Shown here piece after piece: positions 48,944-62,349 of a DNA stretch of 64,000 bases (position 1 is the stretch's first letter; every line of letters begins with the position of its first letter). The stretch is from Phyllobates terribilis (lineage: Eukaryota), in contig NW_027362768.1 in NCBI RefSeq assembly GCF_046119375.1, positions 327,856,001 through 327,920,000 of the forward strand, given 5' to 3'. A program made the translations under genes and the position numbers. The notes under the pieces were generated by a model, which had not been told where the DNA came from, did not search any database, and saw nothing but the letters and a program-made list of their open reading frames with translations.

Positions 48944-49931
48944 GTGGCAAACTTCTTTTTGAAGTCACACACCCCTCTATGCCCATTACCCCCAATCCTC
49001 AGCTCAAGGAATAAAGATTCCTCCCAAAATAACAGTTTTCCAAAAGGCAAATTTGTCAGGGCTAGGGAAATTTGCTGACTTTTCTGGAAGTCTAGGAGGT
49101 CTCCCCTTATTCTGGGAGCCTCATACATTTCAGGAGAGCTGGCAAGTATGATATGTGAGCTATCTATATAAGCAACAAAGGAGCCACTGTGTCCCGTCAG
49201 ACATTAGGGCACTGGTGCACCGTTGCTCTCCCTATAGTCGCGCCCCTGCATCTCTGTAGAGAAAAGAGATTTAGTGGAAAATCCGGATTATCCAGATTGC
49301 TGACAATATTCCAAACCTGAGCAGATGAAAGTACAAATACACAGACTAGGATTCCGACTAACAGAACGTGGCAAGAGACTTACGCTCTATCTCCAATATG
49401 CTGTCTAAACTTCACCACCTCGATAAATCACTCACTTCTCATTTATATACATTACATTTGCGAGTGTCTTTTCTTCCTTAAAAAGCTCACAATTAACCCG
49501 TGTTACCACCAATGCCCATCCCCGGCCATGATACATCCTCCCTTACTGATACTACACTGCACAAGTACATGACTATGCAAAGTAGGAATATGGGAAAAAT
49601 AAATTACGGCATTTATAATTGCCTAAAAATTATACAATTAGAAAATATTATTCTTTGCCCAGATTTGAGCAAAAATATCTGCGGCACAAGCAGAAAGTCT
49701 GCAAAGGGCAAATATATTAGAGGTCATAACATTGCCCATCATTAAGGCAGGTGCAAACGAGTGTATCTTCAGTCCGAATGCGATCCGACAAAACATCGGA
49801 TCGCGCTCAGACCAATGTTATGCTATGGGGCCGTGCACAAGTCCGTTTGGATGCAGAAACGTTATATGTGAACATGCCTTAATAATGCAAGGATATATTC
49901 CGACTATGTAAATTTCATGATGGTTCGTTAT

Positions 49932-50240
49932 TAGTGATGAGCGAGTATGTTTTGTTAACCCTGTCGCCGAGTATACTCGGGCGAGCACCGAGTATTTACA
50001 GCTGCTTGGTGATATGCTTGAATCACTCCCGTGTGCATGATTTGCGACTGTTTGACAGCTTTAATACATGTGAGGAATGTCTGCTTCTTACACATTCCTC
50101 ACATCTATTAAAGCTGTCAAACAGTCGCAAATCATGCACACAGGAGTGATTCAAACATATCACTGAGCAGTTGTAAATACTCTGTGCTTGTCCGAGCATA
50201 CTCGGCGAAAGGGTTAAAAGAACATACTCGCTCATCACTA
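49932..50240. mobile_element. hAT-type palindromic MITE, same family, in DNASE1L3 intron 1
   Basis: TAGTGATGAGCG..CGCTCATCACTA; TSD TTCGTTAT/TTCATTAT (7 of 8). Confidence 0.8.
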
Positions 50241-50323
50241 TTCATTATACAATAGCCCTACTCTGCAATACCCATAGTACGGTGATACAATATCGAAACA
50301 GTGCCAAGATCAGGAGGACTCAC

Positions 50324-50455
50324 CTTCACAATGACATTCATCACTTCTGGCTTGGCACTTTTTGCCTCTCCGAAAGACTGGATGTTAAAAGAACAAATTC
50401 GAAAGGCGGCAGCATCGATGAAGCAGAGGGTGAACAGCAGAGCAACAAACATCAT
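50324..50455 (-). CDS. DNASE1L3: DNASE1L3 exon 1 (signal peptide and mature N-terminus)
   Basis: MMFVALLFTLCFIDAAAFRICSFNIQSFGEAKSAKPEVMNVIVK|gtgagt; 132 nt. Confidence 0.93.
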
Positions 50456-50525
50456 GGTTCAGGATCAGACAAGTTGTGTATACAGCTCCCCGTCCCTACT
50501 AAACTGTGGTGTCAACAGGAACTAC

Positions 50526-50550
50526 AAGTTCCTCAACTTTCACTCATTTT
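50526..50550 (-). promoter_or_regulatory. Adjacent IRF/PRDM1-like and PU.1/ETS-like motifs upstream of DNASE1L3
   Basis: minus strand AAAATGAGTGAAAGT-T-GAGGAACTT, 70-95 nt upstream of the ATG; motif match only. Confidence 0.4.
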
Positions 50551-51582
50551 AAAAGTAACTTGTTTTGTTTGGCAGTTCCCCCTGTCCCCATCAGTGAGCT
50601 AAGATCTCATATATGTCCGGAGAGATTTATTAACTGATGAGTCTGGAATATATCTCCTAAATATGGAGAAAGTTATTAAAATTCATTGGCTTCAGTGTAA
50701 TGCAGGAAATGGACATTGAGCCGTGTGTCTCCATGAAGGAAAGAGCAATGTGTGGAAAATGGGGGAGATTTAATAAGAAAAATTAGCCGCAATTCATTAA
50801 CAACTTGCACAAAAAAATGTAGTATGTTTATTACGTGTTGTAAAAGTTTTTTAATAGCGTCTCACTAGAGGCTAAAAAGTGTAAAAATAAAGTAGTAAGG
50901 ATAAGTCATATTTGCCAAAGCTCCGGGAACATCTGTGAGGATCCCGGAGTAAGGAAAGACCTCCTGGACACTTGAAAGAGTCAGCAAATTAACCTGCCCC
51001 CTGTCTGAAAACTTCCAGAAATAAGTTATAGAGGGAGGTTTCCTCATTCATGGAGGTGGTGAACATGGTGGAACACAGCAGAACCACCATCAAATACTTA
51101 TTTTCCCCACTGTATATGTCCCCCACCCTGATTATATATATAATGCCTGCCGCTGTTCTTTAATGTATAGAAAAAAAATAAAACATTATACTCACCAGGG
51201 GCTAACATAGAAGTCATGGGGCCCCATAGCAGAAGTATAATGCACTCCCAATAGTCCTCCATATAGTATAATGCACCCCCATAGTCCTCCATGTAGTATA
51301 ATGTACAGTCCATAGTCATATATGTAGTATAATGCACTCCTCATAGTCATATATGTAATATAATGCACAGCCCATAGTCATCCATGTAGTATAATGCACA
51401 GCTCATAGTCCTCCATATAATATATTGGACCTCCGATAGTCATACATGTAATATAATGCACATCCCATAGTCCTCCATATAATATAATGCACAGCCCATA
51501 GTCCTCCATGTAGTATAATGCACAGCCCATAGTCATATATGTAATATAATGCACAGCCCATAGTCATCCATGTAGTATAATG

Positions 51583-54500
51583 TGTGACGCCCTCCCTGAG
51601 CAGATGGGGGATACTCGGAGCCGGGCCTTGCAGATGTTGTGGGGATGAAGTCGTGGCCTTGACCCGTTCCGTGCCCAGGGCTGTCACAGTAAAAATGGGC
51701 TTTTTGGATGAGTGGTTAATGTTCGACTACGCCACCTGTGGTTTCTGGTGAAGGCCACCAGCGCTGCGACAGTCCTCTGAGGCTCATGTTCTGGCAGCTT
51801 GGTTGGTACTACTCCCCACAGGCGGAGTAGGCCTCAGGGCAGTGTTTGATGAACTGTGTGGAGGTATGGTGGGTGCAGTGCCGCGCAGGAACAAACAAGC
51901 GGAGGCGGTAAATGAAGTCATCCAGGCCTTTACTCACTTTAGATGCACTTTCAGCCGCAAAGCTTCTCTCTGCTACAAACGGCATACTGCGGCCACCAGG
52001 AAGGGGGCTCAGCACTTCCCAGGTAGATCAGGAGCACCTGTCAAGACCCCATTGGTGTGTTCCTCTCCTTCTTATCTCCTCCCGCTTGTGTTCCTCCCTG
52101 GGATCCAGTAAGCCGCTGGGCTGTTCCAACAGTGACGTGAAGTACACAGTCAGATATCGGGGGCCAGTCACCCCTCTTGCGGCAGGAGTCCCTCTGGCAA
52201 GGCCAGAGTGAAGAATACAGGTGGCGACTCCGCTCCGTCCGTATCCCCCTGGGATCCTTTCGCCTGTGGAGCCTATCTCCTCTGCTCCCCTCCAAGGCCT
52301 TCTTAGAACGGGACCCTGACCGGGCAGAGACTCTTGTTAACTCTGACCCGCTCCTCATCTCAAGGCCAGAGAACGAGGACCGTGAATCTTCAGCCAGCTA
52401 CAGATTCTTGCTGGACCCTGACAGAGGACCACAATCAAATGACCCTGAACTTAAGATGGCCATGTATTATATATGATTCTATAAGTGCTTCCTGTAAGTG
52501 TTTCCTCCATCCTTACCCACTACTTGGTTCCCCCTGTCCTTGGTTCCCCCCATCTCCTCTATCCCGGACCGGGGCAGCACCCTGGTGCTATCTGGCCCCC
52601 TACAGGATGGGAGAGGTGTAGTGTTGAGTGTGAAGTGGGGTCCTGTGTGATGCTCCATCCTTACCTGGAAGAGGAGATACCACACCTCATCTGAGGTGCA
52701 GTACCCCTGTGGCGACTGAACCCTTCAGGGGCGCCACATTCCTCCCTGGTGAAACACAGCACGTCTGCGGGCTGCAATAGAGCAAAAGATTGGTACATCT
52801 CAGACATTCAAAAGAAAATTTTTAAATGCTTTGTAAACAATAAACAATCTTCCCTTTATGGGAGGCTCAAATACTTTAACGTTACAGGATATATGGTATA
52901 AATATATGAAACATTAAAGAGACATTATGCATGTAGAAAAATACTGTAGAAAAGTGCTAGTTCAGCAGCATGAGGGACCTGTCTAAAACCCTCAACGTAG
53001 GCCCTGGGGTGGCGGCAGGGCATGGAGATCCTGAGTTGGACCTCCAGTAGAGCCACGACCAGACAGGTTTTGCTTCTGAGGTCAGAGGTAGTGGTTTTGC
53101 ATAAAACCAATAGGGGGCACCTAAATAGGTGCAAACTATGTACAAAGTTAGTCTGTCGACTGCTCAGAGTCCGCAGGGACAAATGTTTGTAGATAACCAT
53201 AAAGAAAAACAAATGATAGTTCAACAAAAGGGAGGTTCAGCCTCCGGGGCTGCATCAGCAATGGTATCCCCAACGGGGAAATGACTCATGCTTGCCGATG
53301 GAGCCTGACCGGTCCTCTGTGGCTAGGTGCGTGGGGGCATCTTCTTTAAACACCCTGTAGACATCCAGGGCATACCACCCACGCTCCCCGTAGTGGCGGG
53401 TGTAGGACACTAGATCACCCGGGTAGAGGTTCCGGCCAGGGTGGCCCTGCTCTAGCCGCGGCTCGACGTCCCGCCGTTTGACGAAGACGTCCCGGTTGAA
53501 CTGTGGGCTACGGATGAAGCCCCATCCTGCCTCCTGGTGGAAGCGCACGATAAGGCCTTCTTCCCGTGGGCTTGGACGGGTGGCCTCCTCCTGACGGGCC
53601 TGTGATTTAGCAGCCTTGACGCGCACCTCCAGGCGCTCACAGTGGATCCTCCTCTCTCGCCGCTCCTTCTTGAGCTGAGGAGCTCCTTACGGCAGAACTC
53701 CTCCCGCCTCCGCGCTTCGGACTGGGTCTCCCGGGGGAAGCCCATCAGGTCACCCCACTGGTTGTCCCAGCCAAACTCTTCTGCCAACGGGCAGGCGACC
53801 GGAGGTGCGGGCAGCGGCAATAGCAGGGGTCGTTGCGGGCCCTCTATTGGTGCGGACCGGTCCCGGTTGGGGCAGGTGTACACCCAGGAGAGTGCAGGGT
53901 TCTCTGGATCGGGAGTCGAGAGGAATAGCAGGCTTCTGGGAGCGGCGGTGGCTTGGGCCTCGGCCTCTGGAGCCAGGAGTTGCTCCCACACGATGGCGCC
54001 CGGGGACAGGGGTGACGGCAGGAGTTCTAGGAGGGCTTCGGTGCGTCCCGCGCCCGGGATAGGGGTTTCGACCTTACCCGCTCTTGGGCTGCACAGGGCC
54101 TCCTGGGTTTCCTCCGCCTGGGCTGAGGCCTCAGTAGTCAGGCGCGACGAGCTCCGGCAGCAGGCCTCAATCTTCCGCAGCACCTCTTCCCTCCATTCAG
54201 CAGCGGCCAGTCGTTGGGCCTCTTCGACCCTCCGGGTCAGATCCTGCGCTTCACCGCGGAGGAACTCGGCCTCCTCCGTGGTCAGGTACATTCCCTCCAT
54301 AGTGAGGGAGGTGGCAGCTGGTGGGCCAACGACGGAGGGCATCTCCTTGGCTGCGTCCATCTCTGCTGTAGGGTGCGGTCTCTCTGGACTTGTTGCGGCC
54401 GCACCCTGTCTCGATCTTCTTCCCCTCCTCCTTTTGGGGCGGCTCCAGGATGGCTGGCTGACTGGCACTCCTTGGGACGTCCCATCCGGACACTACTATG

Positions 54501-55894
54501 CGGACGGTCTCTGCTGGAGGGGGTGGTTGGCACTTTTGGCGCCATTGGGGAGCCAGGCCCACGATGGGAGGTCTTAGGTTGCTGTTGTTTTTGCACATAA
54601 TGGCGTCCGTTCTTCTTGGGCGGGCGCCACATTGAGTGTGTAAAAACAGTCTTTTGCGAAAGGCGCACAGTACCCGGCGGCAATGGGGATTAACTTCTTC
54701 TGTTGCTGCGGGCACGCATCCTGCCGACTACGCCAGTTCTGTGACGCCCTCCCTGAGCAGATGGGGGATACTCGGAGCCGGGCCTTGCAGATGTTGTGGG
54801 GATGCAGTCGTGGCCTTGACCCGTTCCGTGCCCAGGGCTGTCACAGTAAAAATGGGCTTTTTGGATGAGTGGTTAATGTTCGATTACGCCACCTGTGGTT
54901 TCTGGTGAAGGCCACCAGCGCTGCAACAGTCCTCTGAGGCTCATGTTCTGGCAGCTTGGTTGATACTACTCCCCACAGGCGGAGTAGGCCTCAGGGCAGT
55001 GTTTGTTGAACTGTGTGGAGGTATGGTGGGTGCAGTGCCGCGCAGGAACAAACAAGCGGAGGCGGTAAATTAAGTCATCCAGGTCTTTACTCACTTTAGA
55101 TGCACTTTCAGCCGCAAAGCTTCTCTCTGCTACACACGGCGTACTGCGGCCACCAGGAAGGGGGCTCAGCACTTCCCAGGTAGATCAGGAGCACCTGTCA
55201 AGACCCCGTTGGTGTGTTCCTCTCCTTCTTATCTCCTCCCGCTTGTGTTCCTCCCTGGGATCCACTAAGCCGCTGGGCTGTTCCAACAGTGACGTGAAGT
55301 ACACAGTCAGATATCGGGGGCCGGTCACCCCTATTGCGGCAGGAATCCCTCTGACTAGGCCAGAGTGAAGAATACAGGTGGCGACTCCGCTCCGTCCGTA
55401 TCCCCCTGGGATCCTTTCGCTTGTGGAGCCTATCTCCTCTGCTCCCCTCCAAGGCCTTCTTAGAACGGGACCCTGACCGGGCAGAGACACTTGTTAACTC
55501 TGACCCGCTCCTCGTCTCAAGGCCAGAGAACGAGGACCGTGAATCTTCAGCCAGCTACAGACTCTTGCTGGACCCTGACAGAGGACCACAATCAAAGGAC
55601 CCTGAACTTAAGATGGCCATATATTATATATGATTCTATAAGTGCTTCTTGTAAGTGTTTCCTCCACCCTCACCCACTACTTGCTTTCCCCTGTCCTTGG
55701 TTCCTCCCATCTCCTCTATCCCGGACCGGGGCAGCACCCTGGTGCTATCTGGCCCCCTACAGGACGGGAGAGGTGTAGTGTTGAGTGTGAAGTGGGGTCC
55801 TGTGTGATGCTCCATCCTTACCTGGAAGAGGAGATACCACACCTCATCTGAGGGGCAGTACCCCTGTGGCGACTGAACCCTCAGGGGCACCACA
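51583..55894 (-). mobile_element. Second, older full-length element of the same family; element E2
   Basis: LTRs 51583-52738 and 54740-55894 (about 30 differences, ~2.8%), TSD AATG, PBS 54718-54735 (tRNA-Ser), PPT ACCAGGGAGGAA next to 52738. Confidence 0.92.
53255..54598 (-). pseudogene. E2 CSD-protein ORF with two inferred frameshifts (about 54470 and 53676); CSD at 53351-53566
   Basis: three track ORFs align in order with E1: DAIM..PPIVGL..PPPPAET; ..AEW..WD..LMGF..ET; GWGFIR..DVFVKRRDVE..YALDVYR. Confidence 0.85.
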
Positions 55895-58800
55895 AATGCA
55901 CAGCCCATAGTCCTCCATATAATATAATGTACCCCCATAGTCCTCCATGTAGTATAATGCACAGCCCATAGTCATATATGTAATATAATGCACAGCCCAT
56001 AGTCCTCCATGTAGTATAATGCACAGCCCATAGTCCTCCATATTATATAATGCACAGCCCATAGTCCTCCATATAATATAATCAACCTTCCATAGTCATC
56101 CATGTCGTATAATGCACAGCTCATAGTCATACATATAGTATAATGCACAGCCAATAGTCATGCATGTAATATAATGCACTCCCCATAGTCATATATGTAA
56201 TATAATGCACAGCCCATAGGTACATGTAGTATAATGCACAGCCCATAGTCATACATGTAGTATAATGCACAGCCCATAGTCATCCATGTAGTATAATGTA
56301 CAGCCAATAGTCATACATGTAATATAATGCACTCCTCATAGTCATATATGTAATATAATGCACAGCCCATAGGTACATGTAGTATAATGCACAGCTCATA
56401 GTCCTCCATATAGTATAATGCACAGCCCATAACCATCCATGTAGTATAATGCACAGCCCATAGTTATACATGTAGTATAATGCACAGCCCATAGTCATCC
56501 ATGTATTATAATGCATAGCCCATAGTCATCCATGTATCCATGTAGTATAGTGCACAGCCCATAGTTATACATGTAGTATAGTGCACAGCCCATAGTTATA
56601 CATGTAGTATAGTGCACAGCCCATAGTTATACATGTAGTATAATGCACAGCCCATAGTTATACATGTAGTATAATGCACAGCCCATAGTTATACATGTAG
56701 TATAGTGCACAGCCCATCAGCCCATAGTCCTCCATGTAGTATAATGCTAAGCCCATAATCATCCATGTAGTATAATGCACAGCCCATAGTTATCCATGTA
56801 GTATAATGCACAGCCCATAGTCATCCATGTAGTATAATGCACAGCACATAGGTACATGTAGTATAATGCACAGCTCATAGTCCTCCATATAGTATAATGC
56901 ACAGCCCATAGTCATCCATGTAGTATAATGCACAGCCCATAGTTATACACGTAGTATAATGCACAGCCCATAGTCCTCCATCTAGTATAATGCTCAGCCC
57001 ATAATCATATATGTAGTATATTGCACAGCCAATAGTCATACATGTAATATAATGCACTCCCCATAGTCATATATGTAATATAATGCACAGCCCATAGGTA
57101 CATGTAGTATAATGCACAGCTCATAGTCCTCCATATAGTATAATGCACAGCCCATAGTCATCCATGTAGTATAATGCACAGCCCATAGTTATACACGTAG
57201 TATAATGCACGCCCATAGTCATCCATCTAGTATAATGCTCAGCCCATAATCATACATGTAGCATAATGCACAGCCCATAGCTATACATGTAGTATAATGC
57301 ATAGCCCATAGTCATCCATGTAGTATAATGCACAGCCCATAGTCATCCATGTAGCATAATGCACAGCCCATAGTCATCCATGTAGTATAATGCACAGCCT
57401 ATAGTCATACATGTAGTATAATGCTCAGCCTATAGTCATCCATGTAGTATAATGCTCAGCCCATAATCATACATGTAGCATAATGCACAGCCCATAGCTA
57501 TACATGTAGTATAATGCATAGCCCATAGTCATCCATGTAGTATAATGCACAGCCCATAGTCATCCATGTAGCATAATGCACAGCCCATAGTCATCCATGT
57601 AGTATAATGCACAGCCTATAGTCATACATGTAGCATAATGCACAGCCCATAGCTATACATGTAGTATAATGCATAGCCCATAGTCATCCATGTAGTATAA
57701 TGCACAGCCCATAGTCATCCATGTAGCATAATGCACAGCCCATAGTCATCCATGTAGTATAATGCACAGCCTATAGTCATACATGTAGTATAATGCTCAG
57801 CCTATAGTCATCCATGTAGTATAATGCACAGCCCATAGTCATCCATGTAGTATAATGCACAGCCCATAGTTATACATGTAGTATAATGCTCAGCCTATAG
57901 TCATCCATGTAGTATAATGCACAGCCCATAGTCATCCATGTAGTATAATGCACAGCCCATAGTTATACATGTAGTATAATGCACAGCACATAGTCATCCA
58001 TGTAGTATAATGCACAGCCCATAGTCATCCATGTAGTATAATACACAGCCCATAGTTATACATGTAGTATAGTGCACAGCCCGTAGTCATCCATGTAGTA
58101 TAATGCACAGCCCATAGTCCTCCATGTAGTATAATGCTCAGCCCATAATCATACACGTAGTATAATGCACAGCCCATAGCTATACATGTAGTATAATGCA
58201 CAGCCCATAGTCATCCATGTAGTATAATGCACAGCCCATAGTCATCCATGTAGTATAATGCACAGCCCATAGTCATCCATGTAGTATAATGCACAGCACA
58301 CAGTCATCCATGTAGTATAATGCATAGCCCATAGTCCTCTATGTAGTATAATGCATAGCCCATAGTCCTCCATGCAGTATAATGCACAACCCATAGTCAT
58401 CCATTTAGTATAATGCACAGCCCAAAATTATCCATGTAGTATAATGCACAGCCCATAGTCATCCATGTAGTATAATGCACAGCCCATAGTCATCCATGTA
58501 GTATAATGCACAGCCTATAGTCATCCATGTAGTATAATGCATAGCCCATAGTCATCCATGTAGTATAATGCACAGCCCATAGTCATCCATGTAGTATAAT
58601 GCATAGCCCATAGTCATCCATGTAGAATAATGCACAGCCCATAGTTCTCCATATAGTATAATGCACAGCCCATAGTCATCCATGTAGTATAATGCACATC
58701 CCATAGTCATCCATGTAGTATAATGCTCCATATAGTATAATGCACAGCCCATAGTCCTCCATGTAATATAATGCACAGCCCATAGTCATCCATGTAGTAT

Positions 58801-59425
58801 AATGCACAGCCCATAGTCATCCATGTAGTATAATGCACAGCCCATAGTTATCCATTTAGTATAATGCATAGCCCATAGTCATCCATGTAGTATAATGCAC
58901 AGCCCATAGTCATCCATGTAGTATAAAGCTCCATGTAGTATAATGCACAGCCCATAGTCCTCCATGTAATATAATGCACAGCCCATAGTCATCCATGTAG
59001 CATAATGCACAGCCCATAGTCCTCCATGTAGTATAATGCACAGCCCATAGTCCTCCATGTAGTATAATGCACAGCCAATAGTCATCCATGTAGCATAATG
59101 CACAGCCCATAGTCATCCATGTAGCATAATGCACGTCTCATAGTCCTCCATGTAGTAGAATGCACAGCCCATAGTCATCCATGTAGTATAATGCACAGCC
59201 CATAGTCCTCCATGTAGTATAATGCACAGCCCATAGTCATCCATGTAGTATAATGCATAGCCCATAGTCATCCATGTAGTATAATGCACAGCACATAGTC
59301 ATCCATGTAGTATAATGCATAGCCCATAGTCATCCATGTAGTATAATGCACAGCCCATGGGTACATGTAGTATAATGCACAGCCCATAGTCCTCCATGTA
59401 GTATAATGCATAGCCCATAGTCATC

Positions 59426-60445
59426 TGTGGCACCCCAGGGGTCTGGGTTCCACAGTAATAGCAATATTATGTCTGAGAGCAGGTGGGAGGTCTCTTGGTC
59501 AGGAATCCTATGCATGCCACACCTCCTGCCCAGTCCTGGGAGGGGAAGGACTTCCCCTATATAAAACTGGGGCTGAGGCAGGGTTAGAGAGAAGAGAAGA
59601 AGAGGAGTCCCAGACAGAGACATAGTCTGGTCTGGAGAGGAGCAGCTATAGGAAAGAGAGATCAGGAGCTCTGGGGAAGTCGCGCTAAAAGGAATCAGGG
59701 GCTGGCAGCTGTAGAGCTCGCCCTGATTGAAGAATTATCACCGGACCCGGAGTCCGAGGCTGTGGGGACTAATCCTTACCCAGCAGCAGAAACCGACCGG
59801 CAGGGGATTTCAGGTCCTCTGGCCAAGAAACCCGAAGGTACGGTCACACGCGTGGGACCAGCACCGCCGTCGTGGAGCGGAAGCCACTAGAAGGCCCCGA
59901 GTCACCGGCCATACGGGTAAGCACCACACGGTACACTCAGGGACGTGGGCTACTTTTACCCGCCTCTAGCAAGGTAGCCAGAAGAGTACAATTAGTTGGG
60001 GAGGCCTACAACTCCGCCTGGCCAGGGGAAATCCCATCTGCTCAAAGACTGACCAGGCCCCGATCGCTAGCCAGTACTCCGGGAGTGTCTATCTTTATCA
60101 CCAGTAAAGACCCTGAACTACACCGCATCGTCTCTGAGTGGTTCCTGCTACCCCCATCATCCACGTCGGCTGCCCTGAGGCCATACCCCTCCCGTTGGGG
60201 GTTATACCATCTACGCTGCACAATCGTACCACCGGCCTCAGCGGTCTGCCCTGCAGCGGCAGCTCCATAGCTGCATTCAACGGGTGGCGTAGTCGTCCAA
60301 CATCTACTGCTAATACTCAGCCACACAGTTTGACTCCCTGGGCACGGACCGGGTCACCGCCACGAGACTACTACCCCCAACAGGCCCGGCTCCGGGTAGT
60401 CCCCGCGTGCGCAACGCTACACCAAGCAGGCCCAGGGGCGCGTCA
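59426..60445 (+). mobile_element. Solo LTR of the same family in the 31-bp satellite
   Basis: TGTGGCACCCC..GGGGCGCGTCA, TSD CATC; last ~280 bp highly similar to the E1 LTR 3' end; TATATAAA and AGTAAA. Confidence 0.9.
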
Positions 60446-62349
60446 CATCCATGTAGCATAATGCACAGCACATAGTCATCCATGTAGTATAATGCATAGC
60501 CCATAGTCATCCATGTAGTATAATGCACAGCCCATAGTCATCCATGCAGTATAATGCACAGCCCATAGTCATCCATGTAGTATAATGCACAGCCCATAGT
60601 CATCCATGTAGTATAATGCACAGCCCATAGGTACATGTAGTATAATGCACAGCACATAGTCATCCATGTAGTATAATGCACAGCCCATAGTCATACATGT
60701 AGTATAATGCACAGCACATAGTCATCCATGTAGTATAATGCATAGCCTATAGTCATCCATGTAGTATAATGTATAGCCTATAGTCATACATGTAGTAGTA
60801 TTGCTACGGGCACCATGTACTCACTGATTTAAAAAAAAAAATACTCACCTTCCCTGCGCTCCCCACCGTGCGGTGTCCACTTCTGAAGCCGACAGCTGAC
60901 TTTAGCGTCACTTAGACGTCACTTCCATGCGTTCCCGTGCACGCTGACGTCAGCTGCTGGCCTCTGATGGGCATATATTGCGGCGCACGGATCCTATGGG
61001 TCTGTGTGCTGCAGAACACTTCAGCTGAATGTTCATCCAACAATGCATATCCAGCTGAACTATTAACTGGCGTTGGCGGACCCCTGATGTCATTACGCCT
61101 CTGAATAAATTAATGCCACTCTCTGGACTCTCAGCACAAAAAATGACCCTCACACTGCCCCTCTAGTGATACATGGCCTTCACACTATCCCCTCCTATAA
61201 ATGATTGCCTCTACACTGTACCACTCATATAATATGACCATCACACCATTCCTCACTTAAGAACCATAATGCCGCACCATCCCACCTTATGAATTATAAC
61301 CATCACACTGTCCCCTCCCCCCTTTAATTATGGCAGCCATACTGTCCTTCTTCCTTATGAACAATAACAGTCACTTCCCCCTGTTATAAAATGGTCTGTA
61401 CGCTGTCCCATCTCCACACTGTTTCTACGTTATGACCTTCACACTGCCCCTTCTCCATGCTGTCCCCTTACACTCTCCCTCCTTCTGTAAACGGCCCCCC
61501 ATACTGTGCCTTAACACCTGTCCCTCCTTCTATATACTGTTCCCCTCCGGCATTGTGCCCTCACACTATCCCTCCCTCTGTATACTCACCTCCTAAACTG
61601 TGCTCTCACACTAGCCCTGTTTCTGTATACTGTCCCCCATACTACGCTCTTATACAATCCCTTTCTGCTATATAAAAATGTAAAGGTTTATTGTTTTTTT
61701 TTTATACTAGCGACTCCTTTGTTATTTTGTTGCACTAGGCACCTGACCTCCATTACATAGTGGCAAATACAGCCCGGCACATCTGCCATGTTTGTATACC
61801 TGTGACTGGCGTCATAAGTGATAAGTGTACAATATATTCCAGTGTATTATAAAATGACAAAGTGGTGTCGGCACTGGCTCTCCTGGGGCTCCTGTGACAT
61901 TATTATGTCATGCAATCCCTGCGGCCAATCCGCACTTGCTTCACTCTCCCCTCCTTCAGACAATTCACCGACTTGTATATCCGGAGAAAGTGAGAGAGCA
62001 GCTGCAAAGATCGCCATCCCCGGGAGGAGCATTGCCGACACCGCCAGAATGGCACAGGCACCGGAGGCAAGTACAGGTGTTATTATTTTACAAAGGGGAA
62101 ACATAGGGATTTAGAAGTGGTTGTCCGAGTAGTGGACAATCCCTTTAAATATAATGCAAAAAATAAAAAAATTAACTCTGAAACAAAAAAGTACATTGCA
62201 GTTGCAGAGTCGCTGTTTTACCCCCCCCCCCCCCAAAAAAAAAGAGAATAAAAAGGAACCAGAAAATCATGTAGGCCCCAAAGTGGTAATGATATAAACT
62301 GCAGCGCATTCCGAAAAAAAACAACTCTACAGATCAAAAACATAAAGTA

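Larger units (their letters stand above)
51235..60797. repeat. 31-bp satellite (about 4.2 kb of units) interrupted by E2 and a solo LTR
   Basis: CATAGTCATCCATGTAGTATAATGCACAGCC units and variants. Confidence 0.95.

Noticed and set aside
51089-51112. Complete Tc1 element ending at ATCAAATACTTATTTTCCCCACTG
   Set aside because: Looks like a single TIR; no partner TIR or transposase found
51235-60797. 31-bp periodic array as a CRISPR array, or its MHYTTWMTMGCALYY ORFs as proteins
   Set aside because: Units are contiguous with no unique spacers, no cas genes are present, the context is eukaryotic, and the ORFs are translations of the repeat
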